Of a DNA stretch of 64,000 nucleotides, positions 1 to 11,222 are shown in pieces. Made by a program: the position numbers and the translations under genes. The notes beneath the pieces were generated by a model. It was not told where the DNA came from. It saw nothing but the letters and a program-made list of their open reading frames with translations, and ran no database searches. The stretch comes from Patescibacteria group bacterium (lineage in GTDB: Bacteria > Patescibacteriota > Microgenomatia > Levybacterales > UBA12049), in assembly GCA_035946335.1 (NCBI GenBank), contig DASYZL010000022.1, forward strand, positions 401 to 64,400, given 5' to 3'. Within the stretch, counting starts at the first letter, position 1. The number at the start of each line of letters is the position of its first letter.

Positions 1-369
1 TTGCTCCGTAGCTTGCGTAGATAATGTACCAAGCAAATCATCTGCTTCGTATCCGTTAACGCCAAATATGGGAATGCCGATTGCTTCAAGCGCTCGATGC
101 AATATAGGAACTTGTGATACCAGCCCATCTTTCATCTTTGGTCTGTTGGCATGATACCCAGCATACATGGTCATACGGAATGTTGGTGCGCCTTTATCAA
201 AACAGATCACGACATAATCTGGCAGTACTTCCTCCAGGAGTTTAAGCAGCATGGCAAAAAATCCATATATTGCATTGGTAGGATTGCCATCTTTATCGGT
301 GAAGGGCGGATATGCATGAAATGCGCGGTGAAGAATGGCATTACCGTCAATAAGCAGAAGACGTTTCAT
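1..369 (-). CDS. polA: DNA polymerase I, N-terminal 5'-3' exonuclease domain (partial, runs off window start)
   Basis: Manual translation from ATG at 369: MKRLLLIDGNAILHRAFHAYPP...PTNAIYGF...FDKGAPTFR...GYEADD, the classic 5'-3' exonuclease motifs. Not in ORF track. Could be a stand-alone 5'-3' exonuclease. Confidence 0.85.
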   Translation of the reverse strand, partial: MKRLLLIDGNAILHRAFHAYPPFTDKDGNPTNAIYGFFAMLLKLLEEVLPDYVVICFDKGAPTFRMTMYAGYHANRPKMKDGLVSQVPILHRALEAIGIPIFGVNGYEADDLLGTLSTQATEQ

Positions 370-389
370 GGGAATAGTATAGCAGCTCT

Positions 390-2255
390 TTATGTTTTTT
401 TGGGTTTCTCTATAAACGGTGAAGCAACTTTTGGTTTATTGCCCATAAAACCTGCAAATTCATCTGCTTCTAGTGTTTCTTTTCTCAACAGCTCTGCTGC
501 GAGCTTATCTAATTCTTTTTTGTACTTCTTAAGAATTTTTTTCGATTCCTCATAACATGAATCGATTATTTTTTGCACTTCTTTATCTATTTTCGCAAGC
601 ATTTCAGGCGATAATTCCCGCGACTCATACATATAACGCTTTTCTGATTGTAAATTAACCGGCCCCAAATCGCTCATGCCATAATTAATAACCATTTCCC
701 GGGCAACTTCTGTTGCTTTTTCGATATCATTACTTGCGCCTGTTGTCATTTCATTAAAGACCATTTGCTCAGCAGCACGTCCACCAAGCATCGCGATGAT
801 TTGCTCAAGAATAAAGGTGCGAGTTTCATGCGAACGTTCGGCCGGTTCCATCATCGTATGTCCCAGTGTCATACTCCTACTTACGATGGAGACCCGATGC
901 ACAGGATCCAAATGCGGTAAATACCAAATAACGATTGCATGCCCCCCCTCATGGTAAGCGGTAATTTTTTTGTCTTCGTCCGATTGCAGTCGCCGTTTTT
1001 CAGGACCAAGTTTTACTTTTGTTGCTGCTTCTTCCAAATCGTGCATGTCAATTGCTTTTTTATCTTTTCGCGCCGCTAGAATTGCTGCTTCGTTCAACAT
1101 GTTCTCCAAATCTGCTCCTGAAAATCCGACAGTCCGACGCGCAACCTTCTCCCAATTGACGTCCGAGGTAAATGGCTTTCCTTTTGCGTGAATTGCAAGA
1201 ATTGCTTTTCGTCCCTCAATATCCGGCATGTCCAATGTTACTTTTCTGTCAAACCGTCCCGGACGTACTAATGCCGGGTCCAATACATCAGGACGATTTG
1301 TTGCAGCCACTACGACGATCTGTTCGTTAGGTGTAAATCCATCCATTTCAACAAGAATCTGATTAAGTGTTTGTTCCCGTTCATCATGTCCACCCATAAG
1401 CCCGACTCCCCGCTGCCTGCCGATCGCATCAATCTCATCAATGAAAATAATGGCTGGTTGATTCTTCTTTGCCATAGAAAAAAGGTCACGGACCCGCGAG
1501 GCACCAACACCTACCAGCATTTCCATGAATTCAGACCCTGCGATAGAAAAGAATGTTGTTCCGGCTTCTCCGGCCGTCGCGCGCGCGAGGAGCGTTTTTC
1601 CTGTTCCGCTTGGACCCACCATTAAAACTCCCTTTGGCGATCGTGCTCCCATTGATTTATACTTTGCAGGGTTTTTAAGAAAATCGACAATTTCTGATAA
1701 CTCCTGCTTTGCTTCGTCAACCCCAGCGACATCAGCAAAGGTCACTTTCGGGTTATCTTTATTAAACAGTCGCGCCTTTGACTGTCCGAATGAAAAAATG
1801 CTTTCCTGTGCGCCTCGTGCCTGTCGAAAAATGAAATAGAAAAATGCGATCATTAAAACTATAGGAAGAATATTGGTCGCAATATTAACCCAATTAAGGA
1901 ATGTTTCAGAATTCACGCTAACTTTTGTCCTATTAAGGTTAACTCCTGCATCATGAAACAGAGAGTAAATACTTACACCGGATTCCTTTGTCGCTGTTAA
2001 TGTTTTCCCCTGCTCTGTTGCTGTCAGTTTGGTATCCGTTACTGTCAACTGATTCACTTTTCCTGCTTTGACATCTGAAATGATTTGCGAAATAGCAACG
2101 GACTGCGAATTTTCAGTTGGAATATTAATACCGGCAAAAAGAAACAGTAGAAAAAGCAAGAGAACACCATAGAGTAAAAGATTTTTCCAAGACATATTGA
2201 TTTTTACTTTGACTATCTTGTGTTTGTGGTTTTTCTTTTTTGGAGCATCTGCCAT
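390..2255 (-). CDS. ftsH: ATP-dependent zinc metalloprotease FtsH
   Basis: Two N-terminal TM segments, Walker [43 protein letters not shown] zinc motif. Confidence 0.98.
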   Translation of the reverse strand: MADAPKKKNHKHKIVKVKINMSWKNLLLYGVLLLFLLFLFAGINIPTENSQSVAISQIISDVKAGKVNQLTVTDTKLTATEQGKTLTATKESGVSIYSLFHDAGVNLNRTKVSVNSETFLNWVNIATNILPIVLMIAFFYFIFRQARGAQESIFSFGQSKARLFNKDNPKVTFADVAGVDEAKQELSEIVDFLKNPAKYKSMGARSPKGVLMVGPSGTGKTLLARATAGEAGTTFFSIAGSEFMEMLVGVGASRVRDLFSMAKKNQPAIIFIDEIDAIGRQRGVGLMGGHDEREQTLNQILVEMDGFTPNEQIVVVAATNRPDVLDPALVRPGRFDRKVTLDMPDIEGRKAILAIHAKGKPFTSDVNWEKVARRTVGFSGADLENMLNEAAILAARKDKKAIDMHDLEEAATKVKLGPEKRRLQSDEDKKITAYHEGGHAIVIWYLPHLDPVHRVSIVSRSMTLGHTMMEPAERSHETRTFILEQIIAMLGGRAAEQMVFNEMTTGASNDIEKATEVAREMVINYGMSDLGPVNLQSEKRYMYESRELSPEMLAKIDKEVQKIIDSCYEESKKILKKYKKELDKLAAELLRKETLEADEFAGFMGNKPKVASPFIEKPKKT

Positions 2256-2298
2256 AGGACGTTAGTATACCATACAGGAAGCTATTTTGCAGCAATTC

Positions 2299-3264
2299 TT
2301 ATATACGCCTTTGCTGCGTACCATGTGTTATTTCTATATGTCTTCTCTGATCGATCGAAGAAGAGAGCGATGGTTCTCGTCCTTTTACCTGCACTGCTTC
2401 TTCTTTAAATGGATATTGCCGAGAGGGTTTCACAAGAGGCAAATGTTGCTTTTGTTGCAATCTTTTCTTTACAATTGCCAAAACAGTTGAAAACCAGACA
2501 AGTGCTTCATCACTACACCCTATGAATGCTCCATGGTGTCCAGGAATCAGATGATTAACAGCAAGGGCAAGTCCACCTCCTGCAAGACTACCTATGCCTA
2601 AATCAATTCCTCTTTCTCTTACTGCTTCCTGCATATATTCCGGTTCGCTTCTATCTATTTGAGCAAGTACAGTCGCATCAGCAAGTAAACTGGAAACTCT
2701 CTGGCGCAGTACTCTTCGTTGTTGCTTAGGAGAAAGATTTACACTTATTTTTGATTTTGCATTATCAACAAGGATCTGCAAAAGACGATATCGTCCGTCA
2801 CTCTGCAAATATGCTGATGGTCTTCCGAGAATCAACTTTCTCACATCGCCTGGTTTTATTAATTCCGGATAATCTCTCAGGTATGGAGCAATCATCTCTG
2901 GCTTTATCTGTTCAGTTTCTTCATGCAATCCTTGCAAAAAATTTGAGCGGTTTATTTGCTCTCTTCGTAAACTAAAAGGAGACCAGGTAAGTCCTGAAGT
3001 GGCGCCGCCAAGTGCTGCTAGTGCAACTGTTGCAACTTCCGCAAGGAGCGGATTAGGAATATCTCCTGCAGCAAAACTGGCTCCAATAAGCAGAGCAAAG
3101 CATCCAGTAAGCAGCGCAAGATTTTCTTCTCCCTTTTTTGTTCCGGTTGCTTTCGCAATAACTGATTCAATTTTTTCAAATGTATTTTCTGCATGCTCTC
3201 CGAAGGATTGCGACATGGATGTTTTTTGCGCGGGGACAGCGCTGAGTTGTTCTTGAAACGACAT
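2299..3264 (-). CDS. hypothetical membrane protein (321 aa)
   Basis: Long ORF with two hydrophobic hairpin regions, upstream TATAAT, no recognised family. Confidence 0.7.
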   Translation of the reverse strand: MSFQEQLSAVPAQKTSMSQSFGEHAENTFEKIESVIAKATGTKKGEENLALLTGCFALLIGASFAAGDIPNPLLAEVATVALAALGGATSGLTWSPFSLRREQINRSNFLQGLHEETEQIKPEMIAPYLRDYPELIKPGDVRKLILGRPSAYLQSDGRYRLLQILVDNAKSKISVNLSPKQQRRVLRQRVSSLLADATVLAQIDRSEPEYMQEAVRERGIDLGIGSLAGGGLALAVNHLIPGHHGAFIGCSDEALVWFSTVLAIVKKRLQQKQHLPLVKPSRQYPFKEEAVQVKGREPSLSSSIDQRRHIEITHGTQQRRI

Positions 3265-3296
3265 AAAACAGGCAGTTATTATACAATCATTTCCTT

Positions 3297-4109
3297 TTAT
3301 TGTCGAAGATATATTACTTGTCTATCAGGAGAAAAAGTAATAAAAGTGTCTTTTTCCAATCCGGCAAGAATATGACTTAGTCTTTCAGACATAAGTGATG
3401 ATTTGGGAAAATACTTTCTAACATCAGCAGTAGCCATTTTATGTTTTGTTAAAAGCAGTTTTATTATTGCTCCCCGGTAGAATCTATCAGATTCTTTGAA
3501 TTTGGATTGTTTGGGAATAGGAATTTTATATTGTTTTAACACCGCTGCTGCGTAGTCCATGAGCGCCTGATTCCATTCATAGGCTTTACCACCTGGAAGT
3601 AGCTGCGTTGCAACCTCTACGAGTATTTTTTCCTCAGGCACAACTCCTTCAAAAAAGCGCACAGCAATGACTTTTCGAATATTCGTATCGACAACAGCAA
3701 GCTGTTTATCAAATCCAAAGCACAAAAGCGCTCTTGCTGTATATGTTCCGATCCCAGGAAGACGTACCAATTCTTTTTCTGTCTGCGGTACAATGCAATC
3801 ATATTCTTCCATAATAATCTGAGCACTTTTCTGCATATACAATGCCCTTCTGTTATAACCAAGCCCACTCCACAGCAGCAATACATCTCGAGTTGCAGCA
3901 GTGGCCAAGTCTTTCCATGTCGGAAAATGCTTTAACCATACTTCATATTTAGGAATAACCCGACTCACCTGTGTTTGCTGTAGCATCACCTCTGAAATGA
4001 GTATGTGGTATGGTTCCCTATCTCTACGCCACGGCAAATCGCGTTTGTTTCCTGCATACCAGGTGAAAATTTCCTGTTGGAAAGATTGCATTTGTTTTTT
4101 AGAAACCAT
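3297..4109 (-). CDS. mutY: A/G-specific adenine glycosylase, HhH-GPD family (MutY-like, short form)
   Basis: RDLPWR, SEVMLQQTQV, WSGLGYNRRA, LPGIGTYTA HhH, VDTNIRKV, NQALMD. Confidence 0.88.
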   Translation of the reverse strand: MVSKKQMQSFQQEIFTWYAGNKRDLPWRRDREPYHILISEVMLQQTQVSRVIPKYEVWLKHFPTWKDLATAATRDVLLLWSGLGYNRRALYMQKSAQIIMEEYDCIVPQTEKELVRLPGIGTYTARALLCFGFDKQLAVVDTNIRKVIAVRFFEGVVPEEKILVEVATQLLPGGKAYEWNQALMDYAAAVLKQYKIPIPKQSKFKESDRFYRGAIIKLLLTKHKMATADVRKYFPKSSLMSERLSHILAGLEKDTFITFSPDRQVIYLRQ

Positions 4110-4128
4110 ATCTGCTAGGATACAATTT

Positions 4129-4899
4129 ATGCTGCTTCATATTCTGCAACTTAATATATACGCCTGCACGTATTTTGACAACATACAGAAATTTTTCAAA
4201 GAAAATTCGTTTGACATTCTGCAATTCCAGGAAGTATGCGGAAAAGGAACGCGAGTGGGCAATATTGTTTGCAATAGAAACAATTTAGAGGAGTTACAAA
4301 CCCTTCTTGGTTCAACTTATCACAGTGAACTTATCAAAAGATCATTATTCACTTCCAGTCCGACTGCTTACGAAGCAAATGCAACATTCTGGAAAGATAC
4401 CCTGAGAGAAGTAAAAAAAGAAATCATTTGGCTCAATAAAACAGATAAACCATTTCCTTCCGAAGAAAAAGATTTCTCTACGATGGGAACTGCTGCTCTT
4501 GCATTGCAATTTGTTATAAACGATAGGCCGATATGGTTTATTAATACGCATGGCGCGTGGAGTAAATCAGAAAAAGATACGCTTGCGAAAGAACAGCAGG
4601 CAGCTCTCCTTGTTGATTTTATCAAAAAGCTCGCAGAGCCATTTATCTTAACCGGAGATTTTAATGCAGGTAATACTACCCGTACGATCCAACTTTTGGA
4701 AAAATATAGCCGTAATCTTGCGAAAGAATATGGTCTAACAAATACGTTAAATCCTCGCTTGCACCGCGCAAAGGTTTTTCCACCTGGTTTGGCTGTTGAT
4801 TTTATTTTTACCAGTCCGCGGGTTGCGGTAAAAGATTTTACATTGATTGATGAAGATTTGTCAGACCACCTCGGTTTGGCGGTAACAATAGAAGTTTAG
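4129..4899 (+). CDS. endonuclease/exonuclease/phosphatase (EEP) family protein
   Basis: LQLNI, FQEV, NTH, ILTGDFN, VDFIF, SDH motifs; start moved to ATG 4129 to avoid overlap with mutY. Confidence 0.88.
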   Translation: MLLHILQLNIYACTYFDNIQKFFKENSFDILQFQEVCGKGTRVGNIVCNRNNLEELQTLLGSTYHSELIKRSLFTSSPTAYEANATFWKDTLREVKKEIIWLNKTDKPFPSEEKDFSTMGTAALALQFVINDRPIWFINTHGAWSKSEKDTLAKEQQAALLVDFIKKLAEPFILTGDFNAGNTTRTIQLLEKYSRNLAKEYGLTNTLNPRLHRAKVFPPGLAVDFIFTSPRVAVKDFTLIDEDLSDHLGLAVTIEV

Positions 4900-5936
4900 T
4901 AGACGAATCCCAAAACATCTTTTACTTCTTGTAACACTTTTTTTGTTTCCTCTCTGACGCGCTCGTTTCCCTTCTGCAAAATTGCCAGTAACTTTTCTTC
5001 ACCATCAAATTTCTCCCTCCGTTTTCGTATTGGCTCTAGGAAATTATTGAGAATTTGCAATAAGAACTTTTTAACCTCAATATCGCCTATTTGTCCCTTT
5101 TGATAGAGATCTTTGTATTCACCAATTTTCTCCCCATCCTTTTCTGTTCCGAACGCATCAAGATAAATAAACACAGGATTGCCTTCTATGTGTCCTGGAT
5201 CAGTTACGTGAATTCGTGTTGGGTCTGTATACATACTCATAACTTTTTTTTCAACTTCCTTAGGACTTGAGGAAAGAAAAATAGTATTCCCAATTGTCTT
5301 ACTCATTTTCGGGTTACCATCGGTGCCTACCAGCTTCCCTACTCTACCAATAAGTGCTTGTGGCTCCGGTAAAAAATCTTTTCCTGCCAGTTTATTAAAT
5401 GTCCGTGCAATTTCCCGTGATTGCTCCAGGTGCGCCTCCTGATCCTGCCCAACCGGCACCAACTCACCTTTTACACACAAAATATCCGCTGCCTGAAAAA
5501 CCGGGTAATTGATAAAACCCAAGCTGAATTGATCTCCCAACCCTTTCATTTTAATTTCATCTTTAATCGTGGGGTTGCGAAGTGCACGATTATGGCTGAC
5601 ATACATAGAAAACAATCCGGCAAGTTCATACAATTGTGGAATTTCCGATTCGATAAAAAATGTTACCTTATCCGGATCAAGTCCAACGGCTATGTTGTCT
5701 AACAGGACATCCAATACATGCTGACGGATAATTTGTGGATTTGCGTGCAATGTCGTTAAAGCATGGGTATCGGCGAGAATAATAAACGTCTCGTAATCGT
5801 TTTGCAGCTTCACTCTATTTTCCAGAGTTCCGACATAATGCCCCAAGTGCAATTTTCCTGTTGGTGTGTCACCGGTGAGAATCCGTTTTTTTGTGCGAAA
5901 TGGGTTGTTAGAGCTTGAAGCACGTTGTTGGTTCAT
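4896..5936 (-). CDS. trpS: tryptophan--tRNA ligase
   Basis: TGDTPTGKLHLGH (HIGH), YPVFQAADIL, VPVGQDQ, KMSKT. Confidence 0.97.
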   Translation of the reverse strand: MNQQRASSSNNPFRTKKRILTGDTPTGKLHLGHYVGTLENRVKLQNDYETFIILADTHALTTLHANPQIIRQHVLDVLLDNIAVGLDPDKVTFFIESEIPQLYELAGLFSMYVSHNRALRNPTIKDEIKMKGLGDQFSLGFINYPVFQAADILCVKGELVPVGQDQEAHLEQSREIARTFNKLAGKDFLPEPQALIGRVGKLVGTDGNPKMSKTIGNTIFLSSSPKEVEKKVMSMYTDPTRIHVTDPGHIEGNPVFIYLDAFGTEKDGEKIGEYKDLYQKGQIGDIEVKKFLLQILNNFLEPIRKRREKFDGEEKLLAILQKGNERVREETKKVLQEVKDVLGFVY

Positions 5937-5940
5937 AGTA

Positions 5941-6264
5941 TTAATGTACCCTCACTCCATTCTTTACCGGTTTTTCTGGCACTAGAAATACAATGCTATT
6001 TTCATCATCTGTTGCCATAATCATTCCCTGTGATACATGCCCTTTAAGTGTCCTAGTTTCTAAATTAGTAATCACCGGTATTTGCTTACCAACCAACACT
6101 GATGGATCCGGGTAAAACGCAGCAATTGCTGACATAATCTGACGCTTTTCATCACCAAAGTCAAAAATAAGCTGCAATAATCTATCTCCTTGCGGAATTT
6201 TTGTTGCTTCAATAATTGTCCCAACTTTTATTTCTAATTTTGTGAAGTCATCAAAAGTAACCAT
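5941..6264 (-). CDS. stand-alone tRNA-binding OB-fold protein (Trbp111/CsaA/MetRS C-terminal-like)
   Basis: FDDFTKLEIKVGTI, DFGDEKRQI, NLETRTLKGHVSQGM. Confidence 0.9.
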   Translation of the reverse strand: MVTFDDFTKLEIKVGTIIEATKIPQGDRLLQLIFDFGDEKRQIMSAIAAFYPDPSVLVGKQIPVITNLETRTLKGHVSQGMIMATDDENSIVFLVPEKPVKNGVRVH

Positions 6265-6379
6265 AGCTATATTGTATCAAACTTATGGCAAATAGATAGC
6301 GGGCATGTCATTCGTGTAATAAAAAAGTATTTATATAACAGGTCATGCATCATGCAACACTAAAATAGCACCTAGTACT

Positions 6380-9074
<2,695 letters not shown>

Positions 9075-9083
9075 GCCTGGTTT

Positions 9084-9875
9084 TTATTCTAGCAGATCAA
9101 CGTGGTGAATTGGGAATGATTTTTTCAATATTTCCTGAGCAATTTGTGCAAACGGTTTGCTTTCTCCAGTTGTATAGAAGAGGTGCGTGGGATGTTTCTG
9201 GCTATTCTGCATCTTATTATTTGTTATAATCCGCCTTACTTGTTGAGCAATGGCGATGGCAGAATCTAAAATCTGCACGTCTTGACCAAGAAACTCCTGA
9301 ATTTGTTTTTTCAGAATGGGAAAATGTGTTGAACCCAACACGACAACATCTACCCCTTTTTCTCGAAAAAGAAAAAGCTCCTGTGTAAGTATTGTTGACA
9401 ACGCTGCATGCTTTTCAGCTTCAAGAAGAGGAACTATTTTATTCGTCCCAATAACAACTACTTCACAATCAGCAGCAAATTGCTGAATAAGGTGTCTATT
9501 GTATGCACTTTTTGCTGTTGCTTCGGTTACCAGCAAGCCTATTTTTTTCTTTTTTGTTATTGCAGCTGCTGTTTTAATAACGGGAACTGTACCGATAATG
9601 GGGATGTCCGGGAATGTATGGCGTAAAAAAGTAATACCGCTTACCGTAATCGTATTACAAGCGATGACAATAAGTTTTACCTGTTGCATACGAAGAAAAT
9701 GGATAAGCTTTTTTGTAAGATACTGAATTTCTTCTTGACTTCTTTTTCCATATGGCGCATTGACTGAATCGCCGATATAGACCGTTGCTTCATGGGGAAG
9801 GTAACGCGTGAGTTCTCTGAAAATTGTTAATCCCCCTACACCCGAATCCAAAATACCAATGGGTTGCTTATGCAT
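9084..9875 (-). CDS. murI: glutamate racemase (second catalytic Cys replaced by Ser)
   Basis: DSGVGGLT, PYG, IACNT, LGSTHFP; adjacent to murD. Confidence 0.92.
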   Translation of the reverse strand: MHKQPIGILDSGVGGLTIFRELTRYLPHEATVYIGDSVNAPYGKRSQEEIQYLTKKLIHFLRMQQVKLIVIACNTITVSGITFLRHTFPDIPIIGTVPVIKTAAAITKKKKIGLLVTEATAKSAYNRHLIQQFAADCEVVVIGTNKIVPLLEAEKHAALSTILTQELFLFREKGVDVVVLGSTHFPILKKQIQEFLGQDVQILDSAIAIAQQVRRIITNNKMQNSQKHPTHLFYTTGESKPFAQIAQEILKKSFPIHHVDLLE

Positions 9876-9901
9876 AGAGCAGTACCTGCGTTTTACTTTC
9901 G

Positions 9902-9975
9902 TACCAGGGGAGAGAGTCGAACTCTCGCTCTTCAGTTTATGAATCTGATGCTTTAACCAACTAAGCTACCCTGGC
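9902..9975 (-). tRNA. tRNA-Met(CAT), probably elongator
   Basis: GCCAGGG/CCCTGGT acceptor, D arm GCTT-AGTTGGTTA-AAGC, loop TT-CAT-AA, T loop TTCGACT; CCA not encoded. Confidence 0.88.
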
Positions 9976-9985
9976 AATGCTCTCT

Positions 9986-10024
9986 AGTATAACAATTGAC
10001 CTCACTCTCGGTCAATGTTATAAT
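9986..10024. promoter_or_regulatory. overlapping divergent sigma70 promoters for the two CAT tRNAs
   Basis: + strand TTGACC(9996)-17-TATAAT(10019); - strand TTGACC(10015)-18-TATACT(9991). Confidence 0.7.
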
Positions 10025-10034
10025 GGTCTTTACG

Positions 10035-10287
10035 TGCGGGGTAGTGTACAGTGCACATGAGGCTTAACAGAATGGGCCATCTTATTAGGAATAGTAAGAC
10101 ATGTATTCAGCTATATCGGTAAACTCCTACGTGGACAATACCGAGGGAAGGTTCGCTCAATGCGAAAACCCGTAGAGACCAAACGCTGAACATCCAGAAC
10201 CGGATGAAGATAGAGTCCGACACTCTGAGTAATCAGAGCAAACAGATGCATAATCTCATAGGCTGGGCGCGACTCCCAGCCCCGCAA
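10035..10287 (+). tRNA. tRNA-Met(CAT), initiator-like, split by a group I intron (exons 10035-10064 and 10249-10287)
   Basis: Spliced sequence folds as TGCGGGG/CCCCGCA acceptor, TGAGG-CT|CAT-AA-TCTCA anticodon arm, CTGGG/CCCAG T stem. Confidence 0.85.
10065..10248 (+). ncRNA. group I self-splicing intron (IC3-like), 184 nt, no ORF
   Basis: 5' exon ends in U with U.G wobble in P1 (GGCU/GGCC), terminal G, P10 (AUG/CAU), P2 with GGAA loop, P3 TTCAGC/GCTGAA, P4 TCGGT/ACCGA, R element GTAGAGAC, S element AAGATAGAGTCC, P8 CATCC/GGATG, P9 CTCTGA-GTAA-TCAGAG. Confidence 0.93.
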
Positions 10288-11211
10288 CATAGGTTATTTA
10301 GATTGATAATACAATGCAAATCAATAATTAGGTGATGTCTTTTGTTACTACTGAAGGTTTCTGTGCACCAAAATTTTCGTTACATCCTACTTATAGGACT
10401 TTAACTACATTTCGCAACAAATATTCTGTTTGGAAAAAATATCCTACTTTGATATAATTTCGAACATGGCTAAAGACATGCTAGAAATGGCAGAACTCTT
10501 GTATGCGAATGGATTTTTAACACAAGAGGAGTTAGAGCAAGTAAACACTCTTTCTTACAGAGCCGCAAGACGAGGGGCATTTGAAAAAGCCGATGCTATT
10601 GAACTTGCTGTACGGCAAGAATACATCAAAGAAGCTGAAGCAAATCCTTTAAAGATAAGCGTAGATAATCTTGGTCTCCCGTCTTTATCGAGGAATACAT
10701 TAATCAAGATGAATATATTTACTATCGCTCAGTTAGTATTTTTTGAAAAGATGCTTGGTGATATTCGAACTATGAGTAAATCTCTTGGTAAAATACAACT
10801 GCCTCTTGTGCAAAACGCATTGCAATCTTACTTACAGCAAGAATCATATACAGGGGAAGTTTCACTGAAACAACAAGCAGCAGAAAGTATACGAGCATAT
10901 AGAACTATAGCAAATCCCGTTGATAATACATTAGCAAGATATTATGGGCTGGGCTACAGAGGTATTATAACAATTGGCGACTTTTTGAAACAAAGTGGCG
11001 GTATTAGTCTTGAAGCAGACCACTATACTCCCCATGGGCAAAGTCCATATGTACCAAATCCAAAACGCGACTTTGACAGTATATTAAGGGGAGTGAATAG
11101 CATAATTGCTCAAACGACAGCAGTGAGGAAAACTCTTTCATAAATGTCACTGTAACTATATGAAATTAACGTGTGGAAAGTAGGTTCTGATTTCTTTTAA
11201 TCCCCGCAACA
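10280..11211 (+). mobile_element. putative tRNA-integrated genomic islet bounded by 10-bp direct repeat CCCCGCAACA
   Basis: tRNA 3' end CCCCGCAACA at 10280-10289 recurs at 11202-11211, enclosing one AT-rich ORF. Confidence 0.5.
10466..11143 (+). CDS. hypothetical protein with RNA polymerase alpha-CTD-like helix-hairpin-helix segment(s)
   Basis: ISVDNLGLPSLSRNTLIKMNIFTIAQL resembles alpha-CTD; weaker second copy GLGYRGIITIGDFL; TGATATAAT 7 nt before ATG 10466. Confidence 0.65.
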   Translation: MAKDMLEMAELLYANGFLTQEELEQVNTLSYRAARRGAFEKADAIELAVRQEYIKEAEANPLKISVDNLGLPSLSRNTLIKMNIFTIAQLVFFEKMLGDIRTMSKSLGKIQLPLVQNALQSYLQQESYTGEVSLKQQAAESIRAYRTIANPVDNTLARYYGLGYRGIITIGDFLKQSGGISLEADHYTPHGQSPYVPNPKRDFDSILRGVNSIIAQTTAVRKTLS

Positions 11212-11222
11212 AAAAGAAAAAC

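Noticed and set aside
151-555. 134-aa + strand ORF and the many other short antisense or alternate-frame ORFs in the track
   Set aside because: They shadow well-supported genes on the opposite strand or frame (here polA and ftsH) and show no motifs.
3901-4128. N-terminal extension of the EEP ORF
   Set aside because: Overlaps mutY on the opposite strand; the domain begins at ATG 4129.
9902-9975. Possible tRNA-Ile2 (lysidine CAU) identity
   Set aside because: A dedicated tRNA-Ile(UAU) is present, making elongator Met more likely; it cannot be fully excluded from sequence alone.
10065-11143. Homing endonuclease for the group I intron
   Set aside because: The intron is too short for an ORF, and the downstream ORF has no HNH, LAGLIDADG, GIY-YIG or PD-(D/E)xK motif that I can recognise.
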